64,000 nucleotides of DNA from contig MFZK01000014.1 in assembly GCA_001789395.1 (NCBI GenBank), positions 47,130 to 111,129 of the forward strand. Reading direction: 5' to 3'. The notes under the pieces are model-generated. The model was not told the origin of the DNA. It was given only the letters and a program-made list of their open reading frames with translations, and ran no database searches. This stretch comes from Candidatus Roizmanbacteria bacterium RIFCSPHIGHO2_02_FULL_37_13b. GTDB taxonomy: Bacteria > Patescibacteriota > Microgenomatia > UBA1406 > HO2-37-13b. The position numbers were made by a program, and so were the translations under genes. The stretch's first letter is position 1. Each line of letters starts with the position of its first letter. Positions 53,865-63,655 of the stretch are shown in pieces.

Positions 53865-54502
53865 AACTGAATTATGATGGATTAATTTTTGATATGGATG
53901 GAGTATTAGTTGATGTATCACGATCTTATCGTGAAGCAATTCGACAAACCGCGAGTTATTTTCTGAACCGAAATGTGTCGATGAATGAGGTAACTGAAAT
54001 AAAGAATAAAACCGGTATGAACAATGACTGGGATGCGACAATCGCATTAATAAATAACAAAAAAATTTCATTCAAATCTGTAAAAAAATATTTTCAATCA
54101 CTCTATTTGGGTAATAAAAATACGAGTGGACTTATCGATAATGAAAAATTATTAATCTCAAAAATGATGCTCGTAAAGTTAAAAAAGAAATATAAAAAAA
54201 TAGCAATCGCTACGGGAAGGCCGCGAAAAGAAGCAGAATATGTTATGAAAAAAAATATGCTTCAGAGAGTATTTGATTGCTTGATTGCAAGGGAAAACGT
54301 AAAGAGAGACAAACCGGCACCGGAATCGATCATAAAAGTCATAGAAATTCTTGGGCTTAATAATACGGTTTATATCGGCGATAGCCCAAGTGATGTATCT
54401 GCGGCAAAAAATGCCGGGATACCAAGTATATATGTAGGTGATCAAAATATTGGAACAATGCGTTTTCCAACAATATTACAAGTTATTAAATATCTATTAT
54501 GA
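53861..54502 (+). CDS. HAD-superfamily (subfamily IA-like) phosphatase embedded in the his operon; candidate histidinol-phosphatase
   Basis: DMDGVLVD motif I, ATGRP motif II region and GDSPSDVSAAKNAG motif III. ATGA overlaps with both hisC and hisB. Confidence 0.6.
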   Translation: MKLNYDGLIFDMDGVLVDVSRSYREAIRQTASYFLNRNVSMNEVTEIKNKTGMNNDWDATIALINNKKISFKSVKKYFQSLYLGNKNTSGLIDNEKLLISKMMLVKLKKKYKKIAIATGRPRKEAEYVMKKNMLQRVFDCLIARENVKRDKPAPESIIKVIEILGLNNTVYIGDSPSDVSAAKNAGIPSIYVGDQNIGTMRFPTILQVIKYLL

Positions 54503-55089
54503 AAAGAGCTAGTCAATTAAATAGAAAAACAAATGAGACGGAAATTTCCATAGATTTAAACATTGAGGGAACCGGAAAAAGAAATATCGATACCCCTATT
54601 GGTTTTTTGAATCATATGCTTGATTTATTTGCAAAGCATGGCTTGTTTAATCTGAATATAAAAGCAAGCGGAGATACATTTATAGATGATCATCATACAG
54701 TTGAAGATTTGGGAATTGTTTTAGGGAGTGCATTTGGTAAAGCGCTTGGTGATAAAGCAGGAATTAATCGATATGGTTTTTTTATATTACCGATGGATGA
54801 AGCGGTGGCCACGGTCGCAATCGATTTTTCAGGACGATATGCATTTTCATTTGACTGTAATTTTAAGCGGGAAAAAGTCGGCAATTTATCAACGGAGCTA
54901 ATTTATGATTTTTGGGATGCGTTTGCCCAAAATGCCAAAGTTAACCTATATATAAAAGTTGAAAATGGTCGAAACGATCACCACAAAATTGAGGCTATAT
55001 TTAAGGCATCGGCTAGAGCAATTCGGTCGGCATGCGAGTTAGATAAACGAGCTATATTTGAAATTCCGTCAACGAAAGGAATTTTATGA
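54499..55089 (+). CDS. hisB: imidazoleglycerol-phosphate dehydratase (monofunctional)
   Basis: RKTNETEISIDLNIEG, DDHHTVEDLGI and NDHHKIEAIFKA motifs. Confidence 0.95.
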   Translation: MKRASQLNRKTNETEISIDLNIEGTGKRNIDTPIGFLNHMLDLFAKHGLFNLNIKASGDTFIDDHHTVEDLGIVLGSAFGKALGDKAGINRYGFFILPMDEAVATVAIDFSGRYAFSFDCNFKREKVGNLSTELIYDFWDAFAQNAKVNLYIKVENGRNDHHKIEAIFKASARAIRSACELDKRAIFEIPSTKGIL

Positions 55090-55706
55090 TCACAATTGTT
55101 GATTATGGCTTAGGGAATTTGGGAAGTATTAAAAATGCTTTTGACAAGCTGAACATTAATTCTGTGATTTCAAGTTCGGCAAAAGAAATAGAGAAAGCCA
55201 CAGGGATTATTTTCCCGGGTGTTGGGGCAGCTGGTGCTGGCATGAAAAATTTAAGGGAAATGGGATTAGATGAAATAATTGAATCATTGATTCGAGTAGA
55301 AAAACCGTTACTTGGAATTTGCCTTGGTATGCAACTTTTCATGTCATTTAGCGAAGAGGGAAATGTTAACTGTCTCAATTTGATCAATGGGAATGTTAGG
55401 CGATTTAATACAAAATTTAAAGTGCCGCAGACGGGTTGGAATCAAGTTAAAAAAAATAGAGCATCAAAATTACTAAAAGGAATCAATAACAATTCTAATT
55501 TTTATTTTGTTAATTCATATTATTGTGATCCATTTGACAAAAAAATTGTAAAAGGAGTTACAGAATATGGACAAACATTTTGTAGCGTTTTTGAAAAGAA
55601 AAATATTTTTGGTGTTCAGTTTCACCCAGAAAAAAGTGGAGAAAATGGATCGCAGTTATTAAAAAATTTTACCGACATAGTCTATGAAAATACTACCTGC
55701 AGTTGA
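55086..55706 (+). CDS. hisH: imidazole glycerol phosphate synthase, glutaminase subunit
   Basis: IVDYGLGNLGS, GICLGMQ and GVQFHPEKS motifs. Confidence 0.95.
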   Translation: MITIVDYGLGNLGSIKNAFDKLNINSVISSSAKEIEKATGIIFPGVGAAGAGMKNLREMGLDEIIESLIRVEKPLLGICLGMQLFMSFSEEGNVNCLNLINGNVRRFNTKFKVPQTGWNQVKKNRASKLLKGINNNSNFYFVNSYYCDPFDKKIVKGVTEYGQTFCSVFEKKNIFGVQFHPEKSGENGSQLLKNFTDIVYENTTCS

Positions 55707-56397
55707 TATAAAAAACGGTAAATGTGTAAGGCTGACACAAGGTGATTATAGTCGAGAAACGATCTATGAAAATGATCCAGTCATAATTGCAAAAAAATGG
55801 CAATCTCAGGGTGCCAAAGATCTTCACATTATTGATCTTGATGGCGCCAGAGAAGGAAAAACAATTAATCTAAAAGTCATTGCTGACATTATCGAAGACA
55901 CAGGTCTTACGGTGCAGGTTGGAGGCGGTATTCGCACCATCAAATCTGCACAGAAATATTTTGAAATTGGAATGTCAAGATTAATTTTAGGAACTGTGGC
56001 AATAGATAACCAAGAATTGTTGAAAGAATTTATCGATAAGTTTGGAGAAAAGATAATTGTATCGCTTGACGTGAAAAATAAAAAATTAGCCAAAAAAGGT
56101 TGGATTAATTTAAGTAACGATGAATTAATTCCAAAAGCTAAAGAAATTGAACAATTGGGTGTTAATACGATTATTTATACCGATACAAATAGAGATGGAA
56201 TGTTAACAGAACCTAACTATAGAAATATTGTCGGGTTAAAGAAAGCCGTAAAAATTAATGTGGTAATTGCAGGCGGTGTTACAAATATAGATCAAGTAGC
56301 AATACTAAAGCGATTGAAAGTTGATGGAATTATTATCGGAAAAGCCTTGTATGAGGGTTCTATAAATTTAGAGGAGGTACTAAAATATGCTGACTAA
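55684..56397 (+). CDS. hisA: ProFAR isomerase
   Basis: [24 protein letters not shown] and VGGGIR motifs. Confidence 0.94.
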   Translation: MKILPAVDIKNGKCVRLTQGDYSRETIYENDPVIIAKKWQSQGAKDLHIIDLDGAREGKTINLKVIADIIEDTGLTVQVGGGIRTIKSAQKYFEIGMSRLILGTVAIDNQELLKEFIDKFGEKIIVSLDVKNKKLAKKGWINLSNDELIPKAKEIEQLGVNTIIYTDTNRDGMLTEPNYRNIVGLKKAVKINVVIAGGVTNIDQVAILKRLKVDGIIIGKALYEGSINLEEVLKYAD

Positions 56398-57145
56398 ACG
56401 AATTATTCCGTGCTTGGATGTTGATGATGGACGCGTTGTTAAAGGAGTCAATTTTGTAAATATTGTGGATGCTGGTGATCCAGTTGAACTGGCTAAAATA
56501 TATAACAATGAAGGAGCTGATGAGCTCGTTTTTTTAGATATCACAGCATCAAGCGATAACAGAAAAATCATGATAGATATTGTAAAAAAAGTCGCCAAAA
56601 AAGTGTTCATTCCCTTTACTGTTGGTGGAGGAATTAGAACCATTGAAGATATTAAAAACAATCTTATCGCTGGAGCAGACAAAATCGCAATTAATACATC
56701 TGCAGTAAAAAACCCACAATTAATTAAACGAGGAGCGAGTATGTTTGGTAGTCAATGCATAGTTGTTGCAATTGATGCAAAAAAACAGGGCAATAGCTGG
56801 GAAGTATTCATTAATGGAGGACGAACGGCAACAAGAATAAATGTTTATGACTGGGTACAAAAAGTAGTTCAACTTGGAGCAGGTGAGATTCTTTTAACCA
56901 GTATGGATCGAGATGGAACCAAAGACGGGTATGATATCGAGTTAACTAAAAAAATATCAGAAAATGTGTCGGTTCCAGTTATTGCTTCAGGTGGTGCAGG
57001 AAGCCTTCAAGATTTTGCACAAATATTTAATGATGGAAAAGCTGACGGCGCACTTGCTGCATCATTATTTCACTATGATGAATTAAAAATTGCTGACTTG
57101 AAACAATATTTATTACAAAGTCAAATTCCAATGCGAATAACATGA
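56387..57145 (+). CDS. hisF: imidazole glycerol phosphate synthase, cyclase subunit
   Basis: [22 protein letters not shown] and [12 protein letters not shown] motifs. Confidence 0.96.
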   Translation: MLTKRIIPCLDVDDGRVVKGVNFVNIVDAGDPVELAKIYNNEGADELVFLDITASSDNRKIMIDIVKKVAKKVFIPFTVGGGIRTIEDIKNNLIAGADKIAINTSAVKNPQLIKRGASMFGSQCIVVAIDAKKQGNSWEVFINGGRTATRINVYDWVQKVVQLGAGEILLTSMDRDGTKDGYDIELTKKISENVSVPVIASGGAGSLQDFAQIFNDGKADGALAASLFHYDELKIADLKQYLLQSQIPMRIT

Positions 57146-57146
57146 C

Positions 57147-57452
57147 ATGGAAAAAAAATTGATACCAACGATTATTCAAGATTATAAAACCAATGATGTG
57201 TATATGTTGGGGTTTAGTACTACAGAGTCATTAAAGAAAACAAAAAAAACAGGTCTGGTTCACTTTTGGAGTCGTAGTAGAAAGAAATTGTGGAGGAAAG
57301 GTGAAGAATCAGGTAATTCATTACAAATAAAAGAAATATTTTTTGACTGTGATAACGATTCACTATTATTTAAAGTTAAACTTATAGGAAAATATACTTG
57401 TCATAAGAATCGGACAAGTTGTTTCTTTAATAAATATGATGACATTAAATAA
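57147..57452 (+). CDS. hisI: phosphoribosyl-AMP cyclohydrolase
   Basis: SRSRKKLWRKGEESGNSLQI...DCDNDSLLFKV...CH motifs. Confidence 0.92.
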   Translation: MEKKLIPTIIQDYKTNDVYMLGFSTTESLKKTKKTGLVHFWSRSRKKLWRKGEESGNSLQIKEIFFDCDNDSLLFKVKLIGKYTCHKNRTSCFFNKYDDIK

Positions 57453-57717
57453 ACTTTATTCAGTAATCAATAGTCGCAAAAAAAAATTACCTGCTAAATC
57501 ATATACTGCCTCATTGATTAGAGGAGGTAGTGATTCTATTCTCAAAAAAGTAGCAGAGGAATCAGCTGAAGTTGTAATTGCATGTAAAAACAATCAACAG
57601 AGAGAAATGATTAATGAAATCGCCGATTTATGGTATCACGTTTTAGTTCTTCTTGCCGTCAAGAATATTAATTTAAAAGATATATTTTATGAATTGGAAA
57701 AAAGATCTAAGAAATAA
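57436..57717 (+). CDS. hisE: phosphoribosyl-ATP pyrophosphatase
   Basis: SYTASLI...KKVAEESAEVVIA...EIADLWYHVLVLL motifs. Confidence 0.9.
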   Translation: MMTLNKLYSVINSRKKKLPAKSYTASLIRGGSDSILKKVAEESAEVVIACKNNQQREMINEIADLWYHVLVLLAVKNINLKDIFYELEKRSKK

Positions 57718-57738
57718 GGGATAAAGTATAATTACGTT

Positions 57739-58425
57739 GTGCAAACAAAACAGTGCTATTATGATGATCCATACAAAAATGAGCTGGAATGCAAAGTTAT
57801 CTCTTCCGAACAAAACGGAAAATATTTTAATGTAATTTTAGATCAAACAATTTTTTATCCTCAAGGCGGTGGACAGCCGTCAGACCAAGGAGTGATCAAT
57901 GATTTTAAGGTTGAATTGGTATCAATTATCAATGGTGAAATTATCCATCAGGTAAAGGGAGAGATTCAAAAGGATCACTTAGTTAAAACGATGCTTAATT
58001 GGGACAGGCGATATAAATTCATGCGATATCATACAGCAGGACATGTCATTCATGATGTCTTGACAGGTTTGATCAAAGGTTTAGTTCCTATAAAAGCAAA
58101 TCATAGCAGTAATGCCTATATTCAATATCATGGTGTCATTGATCCATCAAAAAAAGACGAAATTGAAAAAGCAGTCAATGAAGCAGTGGCTGCTGATTAT
58201 CCTGTTGCGACAAAGTCAGCTAACTACGAGGAATTGGTTAAAGAATGTCCTGATTTAGCATCGACATTACCAAAAAATAAGCCTCTCCGTGCGATAAAAA
58301 TCGGAGACTTCCCGGTGATGGCCGATGGAGGAGTACATGTTAAATCAACAAAAGAAATCGGTACTATAAAAATTACTGAAATCAAGAGTGAAAATGATAC
58401 TTCGATAGTTTACTATCAACTATAG
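57739..58425 (+). CDS. alaX: free-standing AlaX-type alanyl-tRNA editing protein
   Basis: GTG start. FYPQGGGQPSDQG, HTAGHVIH and GGVHV motifs. Confidence 0.8.
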   Translation: MQTKQCYYDDPYKNELECKVISSEQNGKYFNVILDQTIFYPQGGGQPSDQGVINDFKVELVSIINGEIIHQVKGEIQKDHLVKTMLNWDRRYKFMRYHTAGHVIHDVLTGLIKGLVPIKANHSSNAYIQYHGVIDPSKKDEIEKAVNEAVAADYPVATKSANYEELVKECPDLASTLPKNKPLRAIKIGDFPVMADGGVHVKSTKEIGTIKITEIKSENDTSIVYYQL

Positions 58426-59177
58426 TCTTTGATTCTTAACCCGCACATAAATTCATAAAAAGGCCCGACAGCAAGGCCTGTGAAGAATGCGAACAGTAGT
58501 TCCTCAATTGGAATTCCTAATAATAGTATTCCTGATAAATTTTCAAGTAGCCAAAATCTAGAAACCGCTTGCGGATACATTTCCAAAATAATTAAAAAAG
58601 CCAAAAAATAAAAGATCCCAAAGAAAATCGCACTCAATAAAGCATCACGAAGAAGATCGTGACGATAAAATAAGACGATTAAAGACCACGAAGCAAGAAT
58701 TACAATTAGGGCGTATACGGAATTAATATTGAATCCAAGATTAATAATTACCATCGATGGTAGTAAAATGAAAAAACTAATTACAGTTATCAATATCCAA
58801 TGATGAATACGATTTCTAACACGTGAAAAATGTTTTCCTAGACATATTTCATAAAACGTAGCCGCAATTCCGGCAATAATAAAACCAAATAAAATATCTT
58901 CAATTCCACCGGTGTTAAAGGGTAACTGAAGCATTATTGGTGGTCGCCAATAGTCTCGAAAAGACAAAATTTCCGATACCGGCGCAAGAATTGCTCCAAA
59001 AATCCCGGTAACAATAATTTCGCGTCGAAGATCCTTTCTCCATAAAAAAAAGATTAGCCAGATAGGAAAAAAAGCAACAAGAGTTCCAATTAAGTATGCA
59101 TTTTGATAGTTGAGCATAAAATAATAGTAACAATAAAACCGAGGGTCAACAAGATTTGATTTCTTCAGTAGTTTCAA
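58416..59177 (-). CDS. polytopic membrane protein with two PxEE/IED-type repeats reminiscent of lycopene-cyclase-domain proteins
   Basis: About 7 TM segments. GIEDILFGF and IPIEELLFAF repeats. The start is ambiguous (ATG 59177 or 59117). The family call is tentative. Confidence 0.4.
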   Translation of the reverse strand: MKLLKKSNLVDPRFYCYYYFMLNYQNAYLIGTLVAFFPIWLIFFLWRKDLRREIIVTGIFGAILAPVSEILSFRDYWRPPIMLQLPFNTGGIEDILFGFIIAGIAATFYEICLGKHFSRVRNRIHHWILITVISFFILLPSMVIINLGFNINSVYALIVILASWSLIVLFYRHDLLRDALLSAIFFGIFYFLAFLIILEMYPQAVSRFWLLENLSGILLLGIPIEELLFAFFTGLAVGPFYEFMCGLRIKDYS

Positions 59178-59200
59178 CTAAACTATTAGTTATCAAGTAT

Positions 59201-59599
59201 ATGTTTGCCTTATCAAATAAGACTGATTATGCTTTTCTATTTCTTGAATATTTAAGTCGTCAAGACGCTGCGGTTCCTTTGTCTAAATTTGTCAGTGATG
59301 AAGGGATTCCACGACGGTTTATGGCCCAAATCGCTTCAAAACTGGCTCAGGCTAATATTGTTACAAGTAAAGAAGGTATCAAAGGTGGTTATAAGTTGTT
59401 GAAACCACCGCAAAAAATTCCCATATATGATGTGATTCGTTTATTTGAAGGTGACTTGACAGTAGTTAAATGTAATAAAAAAGATTTTCGATGTCGCTAT
59501 AAGATAATTTGCTGTCATGGTGATTTTTTTAAAAACAAACTTTCAAAAAAAATAATCAAATCTTTGCAGGGATTTACTTTAAAAGATGTAGTTGCTTAA
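59201..59599 (+). CDS. Rrf2-family transcriptional regulator upstream of the suf genes
   Basis: ORF 59156..59599. ATG 59201 gives MFALSNKTDYAFLFLEYL. Winged-helix region SKEGIKGGYKL. Confidence 0.8.
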   Translation: MFALSNKTDYAFLFLEYLSRQDAAVPLSKFVSDEGIPRRFMAQIASKLAQANIVTSKEGIKGGYKLLKPPQKIPIYDVIRLFEGDLTVVKCNKKDFRCRYKIICCHGDFFKNKLSKKIIKSLQGFTLKDVVA

Positions 59600-59624
59600 T
59601 AAAGCATAAACAATCCTAAAATCT

Positions 59625-60386
59625 ATGTTGAAAATTTCAAATTTATCTGTATTTATCGACAAAAAAAAGGTTTTAGATCGCATAAATTACAATTTTGAAG
59701 AGAATAAAGTCTATTGTATTATGGGGCCAAACGGCTCAGGTAAGTCAACATTGGCAGCGGTTATAATGGGTCATCCGGCTTACTCACTGGGTAAATCTTC
59801 CAGAATTGAATTTGAAGGGAAAAATATTACTGATATTGCAACTTATAAAAGGGCAAATAAAGGTATTTTTTTAACATTTCAGACGCCAATGTCTTTATCT
59901 GGCGTGAATATTTTTCAACTTGCGCGTTTTGCCAAAAATAATAAATTAGATCCAAGATTAGCTCGACAAAAAATTGTTAGCGATGCTTCAAAATTGAAAA
60001 TAAACGAAGAGCTTTTATCTCGTTCATTAAATGATAATTTTTCCGGTGGTGAGAAGAAAAAAATGGAAGTATTACAAGCATCAATGCTTAATCCAAAGTT
60101 TATCATCTTTGATGAGATAGATACTGGGGTGGATGTTGATTCAATGCGAACTATAGCTAAGTTCATTGACAATACTCTTAATAAAAAAGGAAAAACTATT
60201 GTTTTAATTACTCACTACAATCGTATCTTACGGTTTTTAAAACCGGATCGAGTACTGATTTTAGTTTCCGGTCGATTGGTAAAGATCGGTGATCACAAGC
60301 TTGCAGAAAGAATTGAAAAGGAAGGGTATGATAAGATAAACTCAAATGTCAAAATTCAAAACTCAAAAAAAATTAGTAAAAATTGA
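59625..60386 (+). CDS. sufC: Fe-S cluster assembly ATPase SufC
   Basis: GPNGSGKSTL, NDNFSGGEKKKMEVLQ and FDEIDTGVDVD motifs. Confidence 0.94.
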   Translation: MLKISNLSVFIDKKKVLDRINYNFEENKVYCIMGPNGSGKSTLAAVIMGHPAYSLGKSSRIEFEGKNITDIATYKRANKGIFLTFQTPMSLSGVNIFQLARFAKNNKLDPRLARQKIVSDASKLKINEELLSRSLNDNFSGGEKKKMEVLQASMLNPKFIIFDEIDTGVDVDSMRTIAKFIDNTLNKKGKTIVLITHYNRILRFLKPDRVLILVSGRLVKIGDHKLAERIEKEGYDKINSNVKIQNSKKISKN

Positions 60387-60410
60387 AACGTATTATTAAA
60401 ACTTTGAAAT

Positions 60411-61802
60411 ATGTCAGATCCATTAAATTTTGATTATAAATACGGATTTTCTATGCCTGATCTTGCAGTATTTAAAGCTAAAAAAGGCCTGAGTAAACAA
60501 ATTGTTTATCAAATATCCAAAATTAAAAATGAGCCGGAATGGATGACTGAAATGAGATTAAAAGCTTATGATATTTTTCTAGAAAAGAAATTGCCGACGT
60601 GGGGTGCGGATTTATCTAAAATTAATTTTGAAAACATGGTTTATTTTTCTAAATCAACGGATAAGGTTAAAACATCTTGGGAGGATTTGCCCGCTGAAAT
60701 TAAAGAGACTTATGATCGTATTGGCGTGCCTCAAGCAGAAAAAAAATATTTAGCCGGAGTATCAGCACAGTATGACAGCGAGGTTATTTATAAAAGTGTT
60801 CAGAAAGAGTTAGATAAAATTGGAGTAATTTTTTGTGACATGGATACTGGACTATCTAAATATCCGGAGATTGTGAAAGAATATTTCGCGTCACTTATCC
60901 CAACCCATGATAATAAATTTGCAGCTCTTAATACTGCCTTTTGGTCAGGTGGATCTTTTGTCTACGTGCCTAAAGGAGTGCATGTCAAAATGCCACTTCA
61001 GGCGTATTTTCGAATTAATTCTGAAAGATTTGGACAGTTTGAACGTACTCTAATAATTGCCGAAGAAGGAAGTCAAGTACATTATATAGAGGGTTGTACT
61101 GCTCCGATCTATACGACAGATTCACTTCATGCCGCTGTCGTGGAAATTTTTGTCAAAAAGGGTGCACGTGTAAGATATACCACGGTTCAAAATTGGAGTA
61201 ATAATGTTTACAATTTGGTGACAAAAAGAGCCAGAGCAGATGCTGATTCTATAATGGAATGGATTGATTGCAATATTGGTAGCCAGGTGACGATGAAATA
61301 TCCAAGTGTGTATTTGATGGGTGAAGGAGCCAAAGGTGAAGTGCTGTCAATTGCCTATGCCGGTAAAAATCAGCATCAAGATGCCGGTGCAAAAATGTTT
61401 CATTTCGCACCTCGGACATCAAGTAGAATTGTCTCAAAATCAATCTCAAGAGCTGGCGGTAGGACGTCTTATCGGGGTTTAGTCCAAGTTATGCCCGGAG
61501 CAACAGACTCTTCAGTTTATGTCTCATGTGATGCACTTCTCATGGATGAAAAGAGCCGTTCTGATACCTATCCATATATGAAAATTAAAGAAAATAACGT
61601 TATGGTGCAACATGAAGCTACGGTTGAAAAAATAGGTGAAGAGAAGTTATTCTATTTAACCTCCCGCGGTATTGACAGGGTCGCTGCCGAAGGAATTCTG
61701 GTCAACGGCTTTATCGAACCGGTGACAAGAGAAATACCTTTGGAGTATTCAGTTGAATTAAATAGATTAATGCAATTAGAAATGAGTGGCAGTGTCGGTT
61801 GA
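60411..61802 (+). CDS. sufB: Fe-S cluster assembly scaffold SufB
   Basis: 463 aa with SufB blocks YIEGCTAP, HEATVEKIGEEKLFYLTSRGI and AEGILVNGF. Confidence 0.95.
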   Translation: MSDPLNFDYKYGFSMPDLAVFKAKKGLSKQIVYQISKIKNEPEWMTEMRLKAYDIFLEKKLPTWGADLSKINFENMVYFSKSTDKVKTSWEDLPAEIKETYDRIGVPQAEKKYLAGVSAQYDSEVIYKSVQKELDKIGVIFCDMDTGLSKYPEIVKEYFASLIPTHDNKFAALNTAFWSGGSFVYVPKGVHVKMPLQAYFRINSERFGQFERTLIIAEEGSQVHYIEGCTAPIYTTDSLHAAVVEIFVKKGARVRYTTVQNWSNNVYNLVTKRARADADSIMEWIDCNIGSQVTMKYPSVYLMGEGAKGEVLSIAYAGKNQHQDAGAKMFHFAPRTSSRIVSKSISRAGGRTSYRGLVQVMPGATDSSVYVSCDALLMDEKSRSDTYPYMKIKENNVMVQHEATVEKIGEEKLFYLTSRGIDRVAAEGILVNGFIEPVTREIPLEYSVELNRLMQLEMSGSVG

Positions 61803-61812
61803 TGCAGAATTT

Positions 61813-62394
61813 ATGAATTTTATTGATGTTTCTAAAGAAAAAAAAGAGAAGTACCAGGTTGATAAGCCTGGTAAACACATTTTTTTTATCAGTAATTATT
61901 CAGGAACGGTAAATATAGAGATAGACAGTGTTAATGCGGAAGTGTTTATTTATGGTGTCTATATTGGTCGTAACAATGACAACTTTAAACTAAATACAAT
62001 TCAACATCATAAGTCAGGTAGCAATATCTCTGATCTTTTAGTTAAAGGTGTTTTTTTTGACCAGTCAAAATTTATTTATGAAGGCTTGATTAGAATCGAC
62101 GAAAACGCCCAAAAATCCAACGCCTATCAGAAAAACCAAAATCTTATCATGTCACCATTGGTTTTTATTGATTCAAGACCTTTTTTGGAAATATTAGCCA
62201 ATGATGTCCGTTGCACTCATGGATCGACCACCGGCAAATTAGACAGAGAACAATTATATTATTTGCAGACAAGAGGTTTGAGTGTTGACATTGCTCAAAA
62301 AGTATTGATTGACGGATTTATCAAGGACGTATTTGATCGAATGAGTCAACATGGTGTGAAGAACGACTTATATGTTAAATACAAAACAAATTAA
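61813..62394 (+). CDS. sufD: short SufD-like protein
   Basis: ORF 61786..62394 (GTG), with the first ATG at 61813. RCTHGSTTGKLDREQLYYLQTRGLS is the SufB/D C-terminal block. Confidence 0.8.
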   Translation: MNFIDVSKEKKEKYQVDKPGKHIFFISNYSGTVNIEIDSVNAEVFIYGVYIGRNNDNFKLNTIQHHKSGSNISDLLVKGVFFDQSKFIYEGLIRIDENAQKSNAYQKNQNLIMSPLVFIDSRPFLEILANDVRCTHGSTTGKLDREQLYYLQTRGLSVDIAQKVLIDGFIKDVFDRMSQHGVKNDLYVKYKTN

Positions 62395-63592
62395 AAAGGA
62401 TTTTCCGATCTTTAAGAATAAACCCAATCTTGTTTATCTTGATTCGACAGCTACTGCGTTAAAACCACAATCGGTGATAGATAAGACAATTGAGTATTAT
62501 AGTCAATACTGCGCAAATGTCACACGGGGCTTATATGATATATCACAAAAAGCTACAAGCGAGTTTGAAGAAACTCGGGAAGTTGTTGCAAAATTTATTA
62601 ACGCCCCGTCAAACTCGGAAATTATTTTTACAAGATCAACCACCGAGGCGCTAAACTTACTCGCCTACTCGCTTGGTCGACAATTAATAACGTCGGGTGA
62701 TGAGGTCGTCACTTCAATCATGGAGCATCATTCCAATTTTGTTCCGTGGCAACAACTAGCATTTGAAAAGAAAGCAAAGTTTAACATAATTGATATAACA
62801 GATGAAGGACACCTTATTGAATTAGACAATGTCGTCACTAAAAAGACAAAAATTTTGTCTTTAACCTACGTTTCTAATGTTTTGGGTACGATTAATCCGA
62901 TAAAAGAAATTATAAAAGCGGCAAGAATAATTAATCCGAAGATCGTTATCATCATTGACGCTGCACAAGCTGTTCCTCATATTCCAGTTGACGTTCAAGA
63001 TTTGGGAGCGGATTTTTTAGCATTCTCATCACATAAAATGTTGGGCCCAACGGGCGTGGGGGTATTATGGGGGAAACGTAAACTTCTTGATAATCTTCAC
63101 CCATTTAACTATGGTGGAGAGATGATTGAGGAAGTGTATATCGAAAGATCAACATTTAAACTACCCCCTCATAAATTTGAAGCGGGCACTCCGGACATTG
63201 CCGGAGTGATAGCTTTTAAAGAAGCTATTAAATATCTGTCTCAAATTGGTATGAAAAAAGTGCAAGAACACGAAATCTCAATGACAAAATACACATTAAA
63301 AAGGTTAAATCAAGAATTTGGTGGGGAAATTAAAGTTTTAGGCCCAAAAAATGCATCAGATAAAGATGGCGTTATTACATTTACTCTTAATAAAATCCAC
63401 GCCCATGATATTGCTGAGATATTAAATAATCATTATATTTGCATTCGAGCCGGACATCATTGTGCTATACCACTTCATTTTCGATTACAACTGAAAGCAA
63501 CTTCACGAGCAAGTTTTTATATTTATAATGACGAGGATGATGTTGAGAAGTTGATTGAGGGATTGAAGAAAGTAAAAAAAATATTGAGTTAA
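62372..63592 (+). CDS. sufS: cysteine desulfurase SufS (class V aminotransferase)
   Basis: YLDSTATALKP, SSHKMLGPTGVG with the PLP Lys, and RAGHHCA with the catalytic Cys. Confidence 0.94.
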   Translation: MLNTKQIKKDFPIFKNKPNLVYLDSTATALKPQSVIDKTIEYYSQYCANVTRGLYDISQKATSEFEETREVVAKFINAPSNSEIIFTRSTTEALNLLAYSLGRQLITSGDEVVTSIMEHHSNFVPWQQLAFEKKAKFNIIDITDEGHLIELDNVVTKKTKILSLTYVSNVLGTINPIKEIIKAARIINPKIVIIIDAAQAVPHIPVDVQDLGADFLAFSSHKMLGPTGVGVLWGKRKLLDNLHPFNYGGEMIEEVYIERSTFKLPPHKFEAGTPDIAGVIAFKEAIKYLSQIGMKKVQEHEISMTKYTLKRLNQEFGGEIKVLGPKNASDKDGVITFTLNKIHAHDIAEILNNHYICIRAGHHCAIPLHFRLQLKATSRASFYIYNDEDDVEKLIEGLKKVKKILS

Positions 63593-63655
63593 CTTTAATT
63601 GCTCGATTGTTCAATGGTTCGATTATTAGCAATCGAGTAATGGAGCAATTGAACA

